Shown here: positions 1 to 9,845 of the stretch, in pieces
Position numbering within the stretch: the first letter of the stretch is position 1
How the letters are laid out: each line of letters opens with the position of its first letter
Virus record (IMG/VR): IMGVR_UViG_3300037067_009025
Coordinates: 1 to 64,000 of that record
Source: a virus
Taxonomy: Duplodnaviria > Caudoviricetes
Direction: 5' to 3' (one strand)
Length of the DNA stretch: 64,000 nt
Position numbers and translations under genes: made by a program
Notes under the pieces: generated by a model
Database searches by the model: none
Told to the model about the DNA's origin: nothing
What the model saw: only the letters and a program-made list of their open reading frames with translations

Positions 1-654
1 CCAAATATTCCGACCATCGTTAAGACCCGTTTCGTCTGTCATAACACCCAATTATTGAGAGTGGATTATGAAGATAGACGTTCCATTGAGAACACAGAAA
101 TCGGAGATTCAGTGAATGAGTATATTGAAACAGAACTGGATAAGTATGACGCAGTTATTCTCTCCGATTACAATAAGGGAATGCTTTATCCCGCTCTCGC
201 AAAAAGAATTTCTCAAATCTGCCAAGAAAAGAAAATTATCTCCGTTGTAGATACACACAAGAATGATTGGAGACTCTTCGGTGGATTTACCTGTATCACA
301 CCTAATAAGTCAGAACTGGAAGTCGCCGTTCAGACCAAGCTCCCTAAACTCTCAGACGTTCAGGATGCTGCTGATTATATCAGAAAGCAACTCAACCTGG
401 AATATCTTTTGGTAACCCTTAGTGAACAGGGAATGCTTATCGTCACACATGATAAGATGGAACATATTCCCGTCTCCCAAACGGAAGTAGTGGATGTTAC
501 GGGCTGTGGTGATACGGCTATTGCGGTTTTCACGGCTATGCTTTCCGCTGGATATTCTGCGATAGAAAGTGCTCACTGGGCAAATAAGGCTGCTGGTATC
601 GTCTGTAGTAAAATGGGAACTGCCTCAATTTCCTCAGAAGAATTATTCAAATAG
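1..654 (+). CDS. rfaE1: D-glycero-beta-D-manno-heptose-7-phosphate kinase (HldE/RfaE domain I, PfkB family), 5' truncated by window edge
   Basis: Frame is open from base 1 (PTIVKTRF..QLLRVDYE). Has VILSDYNKG, ITPNKSE, LVTLSEQGM and VDVTGCGDT motifs typical of the HldE kinase domain. Confidence 0.85.
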   Translation, partial: PNIPTIVKTRFVCHNTQLLRVDYEDRRSIENTEIGDSVNEYIETELDKYDAVILSDYNKGMLYPALAKRISQICQEKKIISVVDTHKNDWRLFGGFTCITPNKSELEVAVQTKLPKLSDVQDAADYIRKQLNLEYLLVTLSEQGMLIVTHDKMEHIPVSQTEVVDVTGCGDTAIAVFTAMLSAGYSAIESAHWANKAAGIVCSKMGTASISSEELFK

Positions 655-656
655 TC

Positions 657-685
657 TTGACAACGCAGAATTCATGTGATATACT
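657..685 (+). promoter_or_regulatory. sigma70-type promoter, TTGACAACGCA subclass
   Basis: TTGACA(657-662)-17 nt-TATACT(680-685). Confidence 0.85.
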
Positions 686-704
686 TATACTATAGGAGAG
701 TAAA

Positions 705-902
705 ATGGGTTTCAGAGTTGCCTTAAAAAGAAAAGTCAAAGAACTTCCCCGCACAACCAAACAACAAATTTTAGATTTGGTTCACTCGGGGAAAACTGTA
801 GGCGAAGTTTGCAATACCACAAATCTGGAACTTTTGGTTGTGAGCGGTGTCATCCACGAAAACATTGAACGTATCTCAGTGTTGAGAAAGCTGGCCAAAT
901 GA
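705..902 (+). CDS. small putative helix-turn-helix protein
   Basis: 65 aa; TKQQILDLVHSGKTVGEVCNTT resembles an HTH; GGAG RBS; first gene after a promoter. Confidence 0.45.
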   Translation: MGFRVALKRKVKELPRTTKQQILDLVHSGKTVGEVCNTTNLELLVVSGVIHENIERISVLRKLAK

Positions 903-1162
903 CATGGGGAGACATTTTAATATATCTGGCTGGAATTCTGTGGGGCGTTGAACTTATCCCGCAGATTCAAAAAACCATGCAAACCAAAGATGTCAGAGGA
1001 ATCTCTCTGGCTTTTTATGTTATTTGCTATGGGGCCTACATTATTTCCAGTGTGGGGAATGCCATTAACAAAAATTGGCCGATGATTATCTCCTACATCC
1101 CTTCATTCATTTTGTTGGCGGTGATGATATTTTTAATCTTGAAATACAGGGGCGTCAAATGA
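899..1162 (+). CDS. PQ-loop / SemiSWEET-like membrane protein
   Basis: 87 aa, three hydrophobic helices, LIPQIQKTMQTKDVRGIS PQ-loop signature. Confidence 0.75.
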   Translation: MTWGDILIYLAGILWGVELIPQIQKTMQTKDVRGISLAFYVICYGAYIISSVGNAINKNWPMIISYIPSFILLAVMIFLILKYRGVK

Positions 1163-1508
1163 AACTTCAATTGGTTTACTTGAAAGAGAAGGGAATGGCC
1201 TGTATTTCTCACGCTCATTATGACCTGTGCACGATAGAAAAAGAACCAAAGAACGTTGCCTGTATCTTAACAGACAAGAGTGGAGCGAGATTACTCCGTT
1301 CTTGGATTAAGAGCTACAATGAGTCTCAGGGAGATAAGAATGGATGACCCCGATACGCAAGATTCATTCGGTTTTGACGATACTTTTTCTCCGAGCCCGT
1401 TTGACCCTGCTCGGGATAATGTTATTGATGACGACGAGAAAGATAAAGAAGATGAAGACCTCACCATCTTCCTCTGTGCCCTCCTCGCCTGTCTCTAAGG
1501 AGAAGCAA

Positions 1509-1799
1509 ATGGCCTATAACTATGGACAAAGTATTCCTGGTGACCCCAAATTCAAAATTGGAGACCAGGTTTTCTTTATTCTGGATATGACTCAAGGTGG
1601 TGAAAAAATCATTCACCGTGGCGAAATATTTTGCGTCTATGTGAAGAAAGATTTTAAAGGTGGTCTGGCTTACAGCTATTCCATCCGAAATCTTACACAA
1701 ATGATGACTCTGGACGAAGACCGCATTTATGATAATTTTATGCGGGCCCTTCACGAAGCCAAAAGAGAACAGGGAGACGCAGATGAGTGCGGAGCTTAG
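1509..1799 (+). CDS. hypothetical protein (KFKIGDQV SH3/KOW-like motif)
   Basis: ATG at 1509 after GGAG; part of a tightly packed operon. Confidence 0.5.
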   Translation: MAYNYGQSIPGDPKFKIGDQVFFILDMTQGGEKIIHRGEIFCVYVKKDFKGGLAYSYSIRNLTQMMTLDEDRIYDNFMRALHEAKREQGDADECGA

Positions 1800-2221
1800 T
1801 TACGAAAAATTACTGGAAATTAAAAAAGAATTGGGGATGTTAGAACCGATGCCAAAGTGCATGAAAGTTCATCCCATTCTCTGGCTCCACCTGAAATTGG
1901 AAATTCCTGAAGCCAAGAATCTGAAAAAGTCTGGGGATTCAATCCTGGGTCTACCCATCTATATTGACCCTGACTGTAAAGAGGGTTGGAAACTTGAATA
2001 TTAGGAATCAAAATGTGGCCATGTGTAATTTATCTTCTCATAGGAGGCGTCACGGCATGTGTCGCCTATTTGAATAAACGGAAGTCTTCAGAGATTACGC
2101 TCGGGTATCCACCTGGGCTTTTTACTATGCTGGAATATTTTATTCTGGTAACCTGCTGGCCTGGGGTTCTAATTTTAATCGTTGGCGTTATCACGGTGCG
2201 TATGATAAAGGATAAAATACT

Positions 2222-2794
2222 ATGATTTTTCTAATCTCATTGCTGGTCATCATAATTGTTCACGAAGCAGGTCACTTAATTGCTGCCAAACTCTGTAAAT
2301 GTGGGGTGGAAATTTATGCAATTGGCTTTGGCAAAACTCTGTGGCAAAAGAAAATCGGCAGCACGGTCTATCAACTTAACTGTATCCCATTCGGCGGATT
2401 CTGTAAGCTGAAAGGAGAGTTGGATTATTCCAGGTCAAAAACAGCCTTCACCAATAAGACATACTCTCAGAAAGTCTTTATTGCACTCGCTGGTATCGGA
2501 GTCAACGTTCTTACAGGGCTCCCAGCCTATTTTCTGGGCCTGCATTACCAGATTGTCTGGTTGTATGCCTTCGGGATGTATAGTCTCTTAATCGGGCTCT
2601 CCAATGCGTTACCTATTCCTGCTCTTGATGGCAGTTATCCTTTCTGGTTTTTACTGGAAAAGAAATTAGGAAAGAAGCGCACCTATACACTTATGAGAAA
2701 AGTATTTGGTATCAGCTTCATAATCTTAATGATTTTGAATGTTCTTACAATCCCCTGGCTGATTCAGCTTATTGCTTCAGGAAAACTTTTATGA
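2222..2794 (+). CDS. site-2 protease, M50 family intramembrane Zn metalloprotease (RseP-like, no PDZ)
   Basis: HEAGH zinc motif, IPFGGFC, NALPIPALDG motif, hydrophobic segments. Confidence 0.9.
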   Translation: MIFLISLLVIIIVHEAGHLIAAKLCKCGVEIYAIGFGKTLWQKKIGSTVYQLNCIPFGGFCKLKGELDYSRSKTAFTNKTYSQKVFIALAGIGVNVLTGLPAYFLGLHYQIVWLYAFGMYSLLIGLSNALPIPALDGSYPFWFLLEKKLGKKRTYTLMRKVFGISFIILMILNVLTIPWLIQLIASGKLL

Positions 2795-2957
2795 AACAAT
2801 TTTGGCTCACAGTCTTGGCTGCTTCCCTGGCACAGGTAATCACCTATCTGCTCTACCAGGGTTTTGTGCAAAGTTATTGGGGTAGAAATGCCCGAGAAGA
2901 AATATCTCGCTGGTTCGATAGCATGTCAAAACACATGCGTAAACAGAAAGAAAATAA

Positions 2958-3560
2958 ATGAATGTCACGTCTGAAGACATTAAAATCGCTGTGCTGTCGA
3001 ACTATCGGTATAAAAAACAATCTATTTGCGCCGACGAGGTTGGCTTTGTTCTGGGCAACACTGACATAAGCGTTTATCAAGATGGTATCTTGACTGAGAT
3101 TGAAATCAAAACTTCAAAGTCAGATATGTGGCAGGGAGAAAAAGCAAAAGCTCCAAAGCACCAGATTTACAAGACACTGGAATTCAAATTTAATGGAATG
3201 AACTATCCGAAGTGCATCATTCCAAATTATTTTTATATGTGTGTGCCAACTTCGCTCTTGGACGAGGCTAAAAAATGGGTCTTGACAACGAACGAAAAGT
3301 ATGGTATACTTGAATTCAGAGAAGCAAAGGGGTCAGGCGTCTGGACACCCAGGCCCGAGGATATGGTTTATGTGGCCAAAAGACCCAAAATGTTGCACCC
3401 AGAACCATCCCCAAAGTCTTTGGAAAAAATTGCCAGAAGGCTTTGTTCGGCCAATATCGGCCTAAAACAATCTCTCAAAAGTCTCCGAAGAGACTACAAT
3501 GAGACCTACAAAGAACTGAAGGAGCTTAAAAATGTCGGACGACAAGACTTATCAGCATGA
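2958..3560 (+). CDS. PD-(D/E)xK nuclease-fold protein (MmcB-like)
   Basis: ADE..G.TDI....EIEIKTSKSD motif. Confidence 0.6.
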   Translation: MNVTSEDIKIAVLSNYRYKKQSICADEVGFVLGNTDISVYQDGILTEIEIKTSKSDMWQGEKAKAPKHQIYKTLEFKFNGMNYPKCIIPNYFYMCVPTSLLDEAKKWVLTTNEKYGILEFREAKGSGVWTPRPEDMVYVAKRPKMLHPEPSPKSLEKIARRLCSANIGLKQSLKSLRRDYNETYKELKELKNVGRQDLSA

Positions 3561-3664
3561 CAAAAAGTGTCCTAAGTGTGCAAAACGTAAAGTCTACCTG
3601 CAAGTGATTCAAGACATCTATTATTTCATTTGCCAGGCTTGTGGCTTTCGCTGGAAGGCATAAT

Positions 3665-4153
3665 ATGGACATCAAGAAAATTTCAGTGTTTAAAACCATG
3701 CGTCACATTGAAACTGTGCGGAATCATATCAACACAGTTGTCAAGGAACTCTTGATTCGTGGAGAACAACATGACCAGACCAAACTGGATAGTCCCGAAG
3801 TCGAACTTTTTGACAAATATACCTCGGAACTACGGGGTCTGACTTATGGTTCACCCGAGTATAAAGAGTGCATGAAGAAATTGGGGCCTGCAATTGAGCA
3901 TCACAACGCCAATAACAGACATCATCCAGAGCATCATGCCCACGGCATCAAGGACATGACCCTAATTGACCTCTTGGAAATGCTCTGTGATTGGAAAGCT
4001 GCCTCAATGCGTCACAATGATGGAAATATCCTGAAGAGTATCGAAATCAACCAAAAGCGGTTCAAATATACCAAAGAGCTTCAGAGAATTCTGGAAAACA
4101 CCGCCAAGTGGTTGGACTCTCAACAGACATTCCATCATGCGGAGGAAAGCTAA
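3665..4153 (+). CDS. DUF5662-like HD-related protein
   Basis: HDQTK, HHNANNRHHPEHH, DLLEMLCDWKAA motifs. Confidence 0.7.
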   Translation: MDIKKISVFKTMRHIETVRNHINTVVKELLIRGEQHDQTKLDSPEVELFDKYTSELRGLTYGSPEYKECMKKLGPAIEHHNANNRHHPEHHAHGIKDMTLIDLLEMLCDWKAASMRHNDGNILKSIEINQKRFKYTKELQRILENTAKWLDSQQTFHHAEES

Positions 4154-4420
4154 TGCAAGCCACAATGACCAGAGTTTCAGCCCAATCCTCCAAATATGGC
4201 GGAATGTTTTACTATGCCTACTTCAGGGATGACCAGGGGCAGTCTTACAAATCCTGTCTTTACAAGGAATGTAAAAATTATTCACGCTGGGTGCCAGTCA
4301 TACAGCATGTGATTAACGGAAAAACAGTGGTCTTGGACGGTTTAAAAATCAAGGACAAGACACTAATCAACGCTGACAGTAAATTTAACGTGGTCAAAGT
4401 TGAAGAACAGGAGAATTTCA

Positions 4421-4951
4421 ATGGGAATTAAACTCGAAATCGGTTGCGGACGACATCCAAAACCTGGATATGAACACTTGGACTGTCAACCTTTTCCACA
4501 CGTTGAATACGTGGCAGACGCCCGAAAACTTCCTTTCGCTGATAACAGCCTTTCTGTGATTTACTCACAGCACGTTATCGAACATTTCTGGTGGTTTGAG
4601 ACAGAAAACATGTTTAAGGAATGGTATCGAGCCCTGGAACCCAATGGCTTATTTGAAGCCAGCACGCCTGATATGGAAAACATTATCCGTATGTGGCAGG
4701 ATGGGAGTTGGATTAAAGAAGTGCGAGCCTGCCAGGGGCCAGGATATGGTTGGGTGCATAACTCCGATAAGGATAGAAACATGTGGTTAAACTTCAAACT
4801 ACATGGGACACATTGGCCCACCAATATTCATTTGACGGCATTCACCTTTGAGTTACTTAAAACCCAATTGACAAATGCTGGTTTCAAAGACATTGTAAGA
4901 ATCAATTGGACACCTGATACCACCACGCTCCACGTAACAGCAAGGAAATAA
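4421..4951 (+). CDS. class I SAM-dependent methyltransferase
   Basis: LEIGCG motif I, DARKLPFADNS, IYSQHVIEH. Confidence 0.85.
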   Translation: MGIKLEIGCGRHPKPGYEHLDCQPFPHVEYVADARKLPFADNSLSVIYSQHVIEHFWWFETENMFKEWYRALEPNGLFEASTPDMENIIRMWQDGSWIKEVRACQGPGYGWVHNSDKDRNMWLNFKLHGTHWPTNIHLTAFTFELLKTQLTNAGFKDIVRINWTPDTTTLHVTARK

Positions 4952-5511
4952 TATGGGAATGAGATTCGTTTCGAGTAATAAACACATGAATGCTTTAAGA
5001 AAATTGATTGCTCCCATTATCTGGTTCCACGATGATGCCAGCATGGAGGATAACTATAAGTTTAAGCCCCATGCTACGAAACCAGATACCATTGTTGGAT
5101 GCTGGGCCGAAGATATGAGCCCTTACGAGATTACCTGCCCGCCCCAACTCAGGGATGCCATCATCAATGTATTAAACCTGGCTCACAGGATTTACATTAG
5201 ATAATGGAAATAAAACCAGTTGCTCCAATCAGTCTTGCTGACCTCACGGATATTCATATTCATCAGGAAAAGAAGTGGGATAGGCGAGAGCTTGTCATTA
5301 CTGTTTCTGCGCTTTATCAGGGAAAAGAATATGGAGTAACTATCCCCATAAAACTGAAAGATTTAGTATTCAGGCCCGATGGAACCCAGGCCAAAATGCT
5401 TGAAAATTTTCTTCAGAGTCAAATCAATCATGGTCTGGAACAGGTTTGCAAATACATCCAGAAACACGAGGACTATTTCAAACACGCAGTCAAAAAATTG
5501 AGAATTGAGTT

Positions 5512-6678
5512 ATGTTCCACAACTTAGTTAAAAATAAATTCGGATTCATATTTGCTCTAAGTGCTCTGGTCTATTTCGGTCAAGGCATTGAGGGACTCCC
5601 GAGCACCGCTTTCTTTTTTTATCTAAAAGAAACCCTGGGGTTTAATGAATCCAAAATCATGTTCTTGTCCAGTCTTATTGCTCTGGCCTGGTTGATAAAG
5701 CCAGTAATCGGATACTTGATTGATACTTCTCACTGGACAAAGCGCACCTGGATACTGATTTCCCTGGTAACCAGTGGAGTTATAGCAAGTTTACTGGGTT
5801 ATAGCGTTTTTACCATACAAGCTATCATTTTCCTAATGATGCTGGGTAACTGGAATGCTGCCGTTCGAGACGTTGCTGTTGATGGAATCATGTGTATCGA
5901 AGGCAAGAAGCACCAAATCACGGGCAGGATTCAAAGCATTCAGTGGATTGCCATCACAATTGCCTCAGTATTAGTCGGTGTTGGTGGAGGGTTCATTGCA
6001 GAACATTTTGATTACCGCATGGGCTATCTGCTCCTGTTGCCCTTTTATTTTATTATTGGAACGTTTGCCTTTGGATACAAGGAAACAACAGCCGAAAAAA
6101 GAAACACAGAATCATTCATCACGACTTTAAAGCACCTGTTCACTGACAAGAATTTGTTGATTGTAGCCTTATTTATTTTTCTGTATAAGTTCGCTCCCTC
6201 ATTTGGAACACCACTGACGTTTATTATGAGAGACGAATTCCAATGGAGTAAACTTTGGATTGGAACACTGGGAACAATCAGTGCGGGAGTCAGTATTATC
6301 GGTGCCATGCTGTATTTCCATTTCAGCAAATATCTTGATATTAAAAAGGCCCTTGTATGGTCTGTTTATCTTGGGGCCCTAACAACCCTGTGTTATCTCT
6401 ATTTTACACCAGTCACGGCTGTGGCTTATGAGGTCGCATTTAGTTTGATTGGGATGTTCATTCAATTGATGCTTTTGGATTTCATGGCTCGTAACACCAA
6501 ACCTGGTATGGAGGCCACGAGCTTTGCGCTATTATGCAGCGTCAGTAATTTTACCAGCACCTGTGATGGGGTTGTCGGCGGAATTCTTTTCCCACATGTT
6601 GGATTAACGGGCTTGATTCTGATAAGTGCAGGCGCATCTTTCTTATGTCTTCCTCTCATCAAAAGGCTTAAAACATGA
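5512..6678 (+). CDS. MFS transporter, BT1/folate-biopterin transporter-like
   Basis: 388 aa, about 12 TM segments; FYLKETLG, AWLIKPVIG, RDVAVDGIM, IQSIQW motifs. Confidence 0.75.
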   Translation: MFHNLVKNKFGFIFALSALVYFGQGIEGLPSTAFFFYLKETLGFNESKIMFLSSLIALAWLIKPVIGYLIDTSHWTKRTWILISLVTSGVIASLLGYSVFTIQAIIFLMMLGNWNAAVRDVAVDGIMCIEGKKHQITGRIQSIQWIAITIASVLVGVGGGFIAEHFDYRMGYLLLLPFYFIIGTFAFGYKETTAEKRNTESFITTLKHLFTDKNLLIVALFIFLYKFAPSFGTPLTFIMRDEFQWSKLWIGTLGTISAGVSIIGAMLYFHFSKYLDIKKALVWSVYLGALTTLCYLYFTPVTAVAYEVAFSLIGMFIQLMLLDFMARNTKPGMEATSFALLCSVSNFTSTCDGVVGGILFPHVGLTGLILISAGASFLCLPLIKRLKT

Positions 6679-7136
6679 CCAGTAATAAGATAACTAAAAT
6701 GGAGTTTGAACATAAATACTCACCCTCTTCAAGATGGATGAGATTTGCTGTCTCTGGAAAATACCAGGGCCACACCTTTATCCAAGCCGAAATGATTTAC
6801 ATGTCAGACATGGCTCTGCACGATATTGACCTTGTTTGCGAGAATATGAAGACAAGACTAATTAAAAGACTCAAAGAATCCATCGAGGAGGCGAGTTGCA
6901 ATGGCACGCTATAAAGTTGGTGATGAAGTCACTTATGCTGGGAACCAGGAAGTCTACACCGTCGTAGATTATCAACAGCTTCCTAATTGTCGGAATCCCA
7001 AGTTGACCTACTATGTCCTGGAAGACATCAAAGGCAACAAGCATGACTGTAATCAACCACATATTCTACGCATTCATCGTAGACGATTTGCTGAGATATA
7101 ACTAAATTTTTTAGTTGTTTCTCGACAGGAGTGCAA

Positions 7137-7286
7137 GTGAAACTACGTAAATTTAATCGTATTCAAAAACGTGCGCCCAAGAAGGGTAAATTCTGGTGCC
7201 CAGCGTGCGATATGACATTGCTTCGTCCAGGACAGAAATGTTCTGTCTGTGGGGTCTTACCTTCTCGCAGGAGAAATAAGAAATGA
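7137..7286 (+). CDS. small basic zinc-ribbon protein (absent from the ORF track)
   Basis: GTG start after CAGGAG; MKLRKF..WCPACD..KCSVCG. Confidence 0.5.
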   Translation: MKLRKFNRIQKRAPKKGKFWCPACDMTLLRPGQKCSVCGVLPSRRRNKK

Positions 7287-7600
7287 CTTGGTATAAACGT
7301 TTGAGTCTATGCTTTGCCAATTGGATTCATAGAACTCTCTTTCTTCCGTTATATTGGTGGAGTCTAAAAAAATGATGGACATAGGATTCAAATCCAAATA
7401 TCTTTATTTCAGTCTTTTGGAAAACAAACCAAAGACTCGTGTTTTTGGTGTGCATTCCCAAAGTTCTGATTTTCAACTCGGTATCATCAAATGGCACGGG
7501 CCGTGGAGACAGTATTGTTTCTTTCCGAGCCATGATACACTTTTTAGCAAAGGATGTCTTGAAGATATTAACAAATTTATTGAATTGGTGAGACCAACCC

Positions 7601-7852
7601 ATGACAAAAGTCGTCCATTGCAAAAAATCTAAATTTGATGTCTACATTGGAAGACCCAGCAAATGGGGTAATCCTTTTGAGATTGGAAAAGACGGCAATC
7701 GGTCAGAAGTTATTCAAAAATATGAAGCCTGGATTCTAACTCAGCCTCAATTACTGGCTGACCTCCCTGAATTAAAGGGAAAGATACTGGGTTGTTGGTG
7801 TGCACCTTCATCGTGCCACGGAGATGTTTTAGCCCGTCTTGTGGAGAGTTAA
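7601..7852 (+). CDS. DUF4326 domain protein
   Basis: VYIGRPSKWGNPF and LKGKILGCWCAPSSCHGDVL signature. Confidence 0.9.
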   Translation: MTKVVHCKKSKFDVYIGRPSKWGNPFEIGKDGNRSEVIQKYEAWILTQPQLLADLPELKGKILGCWCAPSSCHGDVLARLVES

Positions 7853-8532
7853 AATGGTTAAACGTTGTTGCCCAACTTGTGCCTCAGAAGCTGATTCAGG
7901 TGAATGTCATACTTGTAATCCAGACAGATGGCTGGCTTTAAAACGAGGACAAAATTACTTTAAAATTACCAGCAAGACAAGTAACTGGAAAGAGTTTGAA
8001 TATCGTTGCTTAGAAATCTGGAAACCACAAAATGTGACCATACGCTTTACTGAATTAAATTCAACTGTAAGAATTTATAATGTCTTGGAACATGGTCATT
8101 ATGGTGAAATGAAAATTCCTGAAGGATTTCAAGTAACAATTTTGGAAGAATTTAGAGCACATATAGCCAATGGTTTATTTTCTCGTTAAAAGAATTCGAC
8201 CAACCAATACGGAGTGGCCCCGTTTCTATTTTCCAGGCTTAGAAACTGTCCAATTATCAGAAACAGAACAGGTCTCTCGAATCGAAAGTGAAAGCGTGTC
8301 GAATTTAATACTCAGGAGTATTATTCCTGATTACGAACTCAAAATCATTGATGACCCGTTTCGTATCAAAATCTGTCAAAACCTTTTTGACCAAATAGAA
8401 AGGAAATAAAATGAAAAACAACTTATTTGTTGTATTGATTCTGGTAGGAGCACTGACTGGTGTATACTGTATGATGTATGCTTTCACCCAGGTTTTACAT
8501 TCGGCCTATTATTCCCCAATCGGTGAACTCGA

Positions 8533-9138
8533 ATGGCTGTTACAACGATAGTGCTGAACTTTCATTGTAGTGCACCTTCCGACACTTTGGATGTAACATC
8601 CCGCTCCAAAACTTGGGCACGAGATTTATCTCCCTTTTTGTTAGGGCCAGTCCAACTATGGGGCGGTCATGTTTCTCAAAACGTGGAAAACGCCTGGCAA
8701 TTTTCTAAGGTCTACGATTCACAGTATTATTCCGCACAAGAATTCGACAAATGGCTTGCCTGGGCCCGCAAAGGCTGGGATTCTAAACGAGCCATCCGCT
8801 ACCCCGCTGGAAGAGGAGCAGTTCCTCTGTATTCCTACTGGGATGGTCTCTCACTCGGATATGTCGAAGCCCGCAAGAAAATTTACATTCCCCTTTACAT
8901 GGAAGCCGTCCTCCCGACTGTCGCCTACCATAAACTGGAACACAAGGCCCTCTGGGCCAGAGAAATGCACCACAAGCCCCTTTACCTCCTGGATTTCGAC
9001 GGATATGACCATAAAGCCCTGGGCATGTCCTGGAAAGACGTGATAAATGACCCTTCCAGGCGAATGGGACACGGCCATGTTCTTGGCATGTTACTGGAAC
9101 TGGGTCAAGACGGTGTGAAGGCCCTATTGAGGGCCTGA
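8533..9138 (+). CDS. DUF6939-like / NADAR-related protein
   Basis: DVTSR, LSPF, VENAWQFSKVY, GYVEARKKIYIP, GHGHVL motifs. Confidence 0.55.
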   Translation: MAVTTIVLNFHCSAPSDTLDVTSRSKTWARDLSPFLLGPVQLWGGHVSQNVENAWQFSKVYDSQYYSAQEFDKWLAWARKGWDSKRAIRYPAGRGAVPLYSYWDGLSLGYVEARKKIYIPLYMEAVLPTVAYHKLEHKALWAREMHHKPLYLLDFDGYDHKALGMSWKDVINDPSRRMGHGHVLGMLLELGQDGVKALLRA

Positions 9139-9424
9139 GCAGGCCAGGCGGGGCCCGCAGGGCGTGGCCTGGCCGTTGGAACAGGAAACTCTGGGAGCGC
9201 ACAGCCTGGGCTGTCCTGGGCCCCCGCAGGGGGCTTAGAAACAGACCAGCCCGCCCAAGCACCGTAAAACGGGCCAGGGGAGCAGGGCGACCGCAGCCCG
9301 TATTGCGGGGATTGGGCAAGTATTTATCCCCGATAAGGTATAAACCACCTCAAAACACCTTCCAAAAGGCCCCAAAACCCCCAATTTATACCCGCTCAGG
9401 TATTCTATTCCACAAGCATTTTAC

Positions 9425-9468
9425 AAAAAAAAAGACTGCCCAGCCTCTCAGGACTGGAACAGTCTCTT
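9425..9468 (-). terminator. intrinsic terminator ending the virion operon
   Basis: Minus-strand hairpin AGACUG-UUCCAGUC/GGCUGGG-CAGUCU followed by 9 U (A-run 9425-9433 on +). Confidence 0.85.
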
Positions 9469-9469
9469 G

Positions 9470-9680
9470 TGCCCGCCTACGGGCGTCGGATTGACCCAGT
9501 GTGCACCTCTGGGCTCTCTTGGCCTAATCTGTGTCTGTCTGGAACCTGTGCTCCTCAGAATGAGCCTTGTTCTGGCTCCCACATTTCAGCCTGCAAAAGG
9601 AACGGTAGGACTAACTCACTCGGGAGTTACCTTCCTCCGAGCAACGCCTAATACCGAAGGTTTTGCGGTTGCCGTTCCTA
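9470..9680 (-). ncRNA. candidate structured non-coding RNA, family unknown
   Basis: No plausible sense ORF; AGGAACGG pairs with CCGUUCCU and encloses nested stems; lies between the last gene and the terminator. Confidence 0.35.
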
Positions 9681-9685
9681 TAAAA

Positions 9686-9832
9686 TTATTTGCGTGTGTC
9701 TCTGTAATCCCTACGATTTTTAACCAGCTTGGAGAAAAATCCTTCTTCGGTTTTAGTAGCCTCAACTTTAGTCTCTTCGACTTTTGTTTCTTCAACTTTG
9801 ACTTCTTCAGGTTTATTTTCTAAATTTTCCAT
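9686..9832 (-). CDS. 48-aa protein with (K)VEET repeats (absent from the ORF track)
   Basis: ATG after AGGGGG; MENLENKPEEVKVEETKVEETKVEATKTEEGFFSKLVKNRRDYRDTRK. Confidence 0.6.
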   Translation of the reverse strand: MENLENKPEEVKVEETKVEETKVEATKTEEGFFSKLVKNRRDYRDTRK

Positions 9833-9845
9833 GTCATTCACCCCC

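Noticed and set aside
8669-9319. Overlapping and antisense ORFs from the six-frame track (e.g. 8783-9319, 30768-31421, 33811-34590, 42024-42563)
   Set aside because: They shadow well-supported genes on the other strand or frame, lack RBSs, and have no recognisable motifs.
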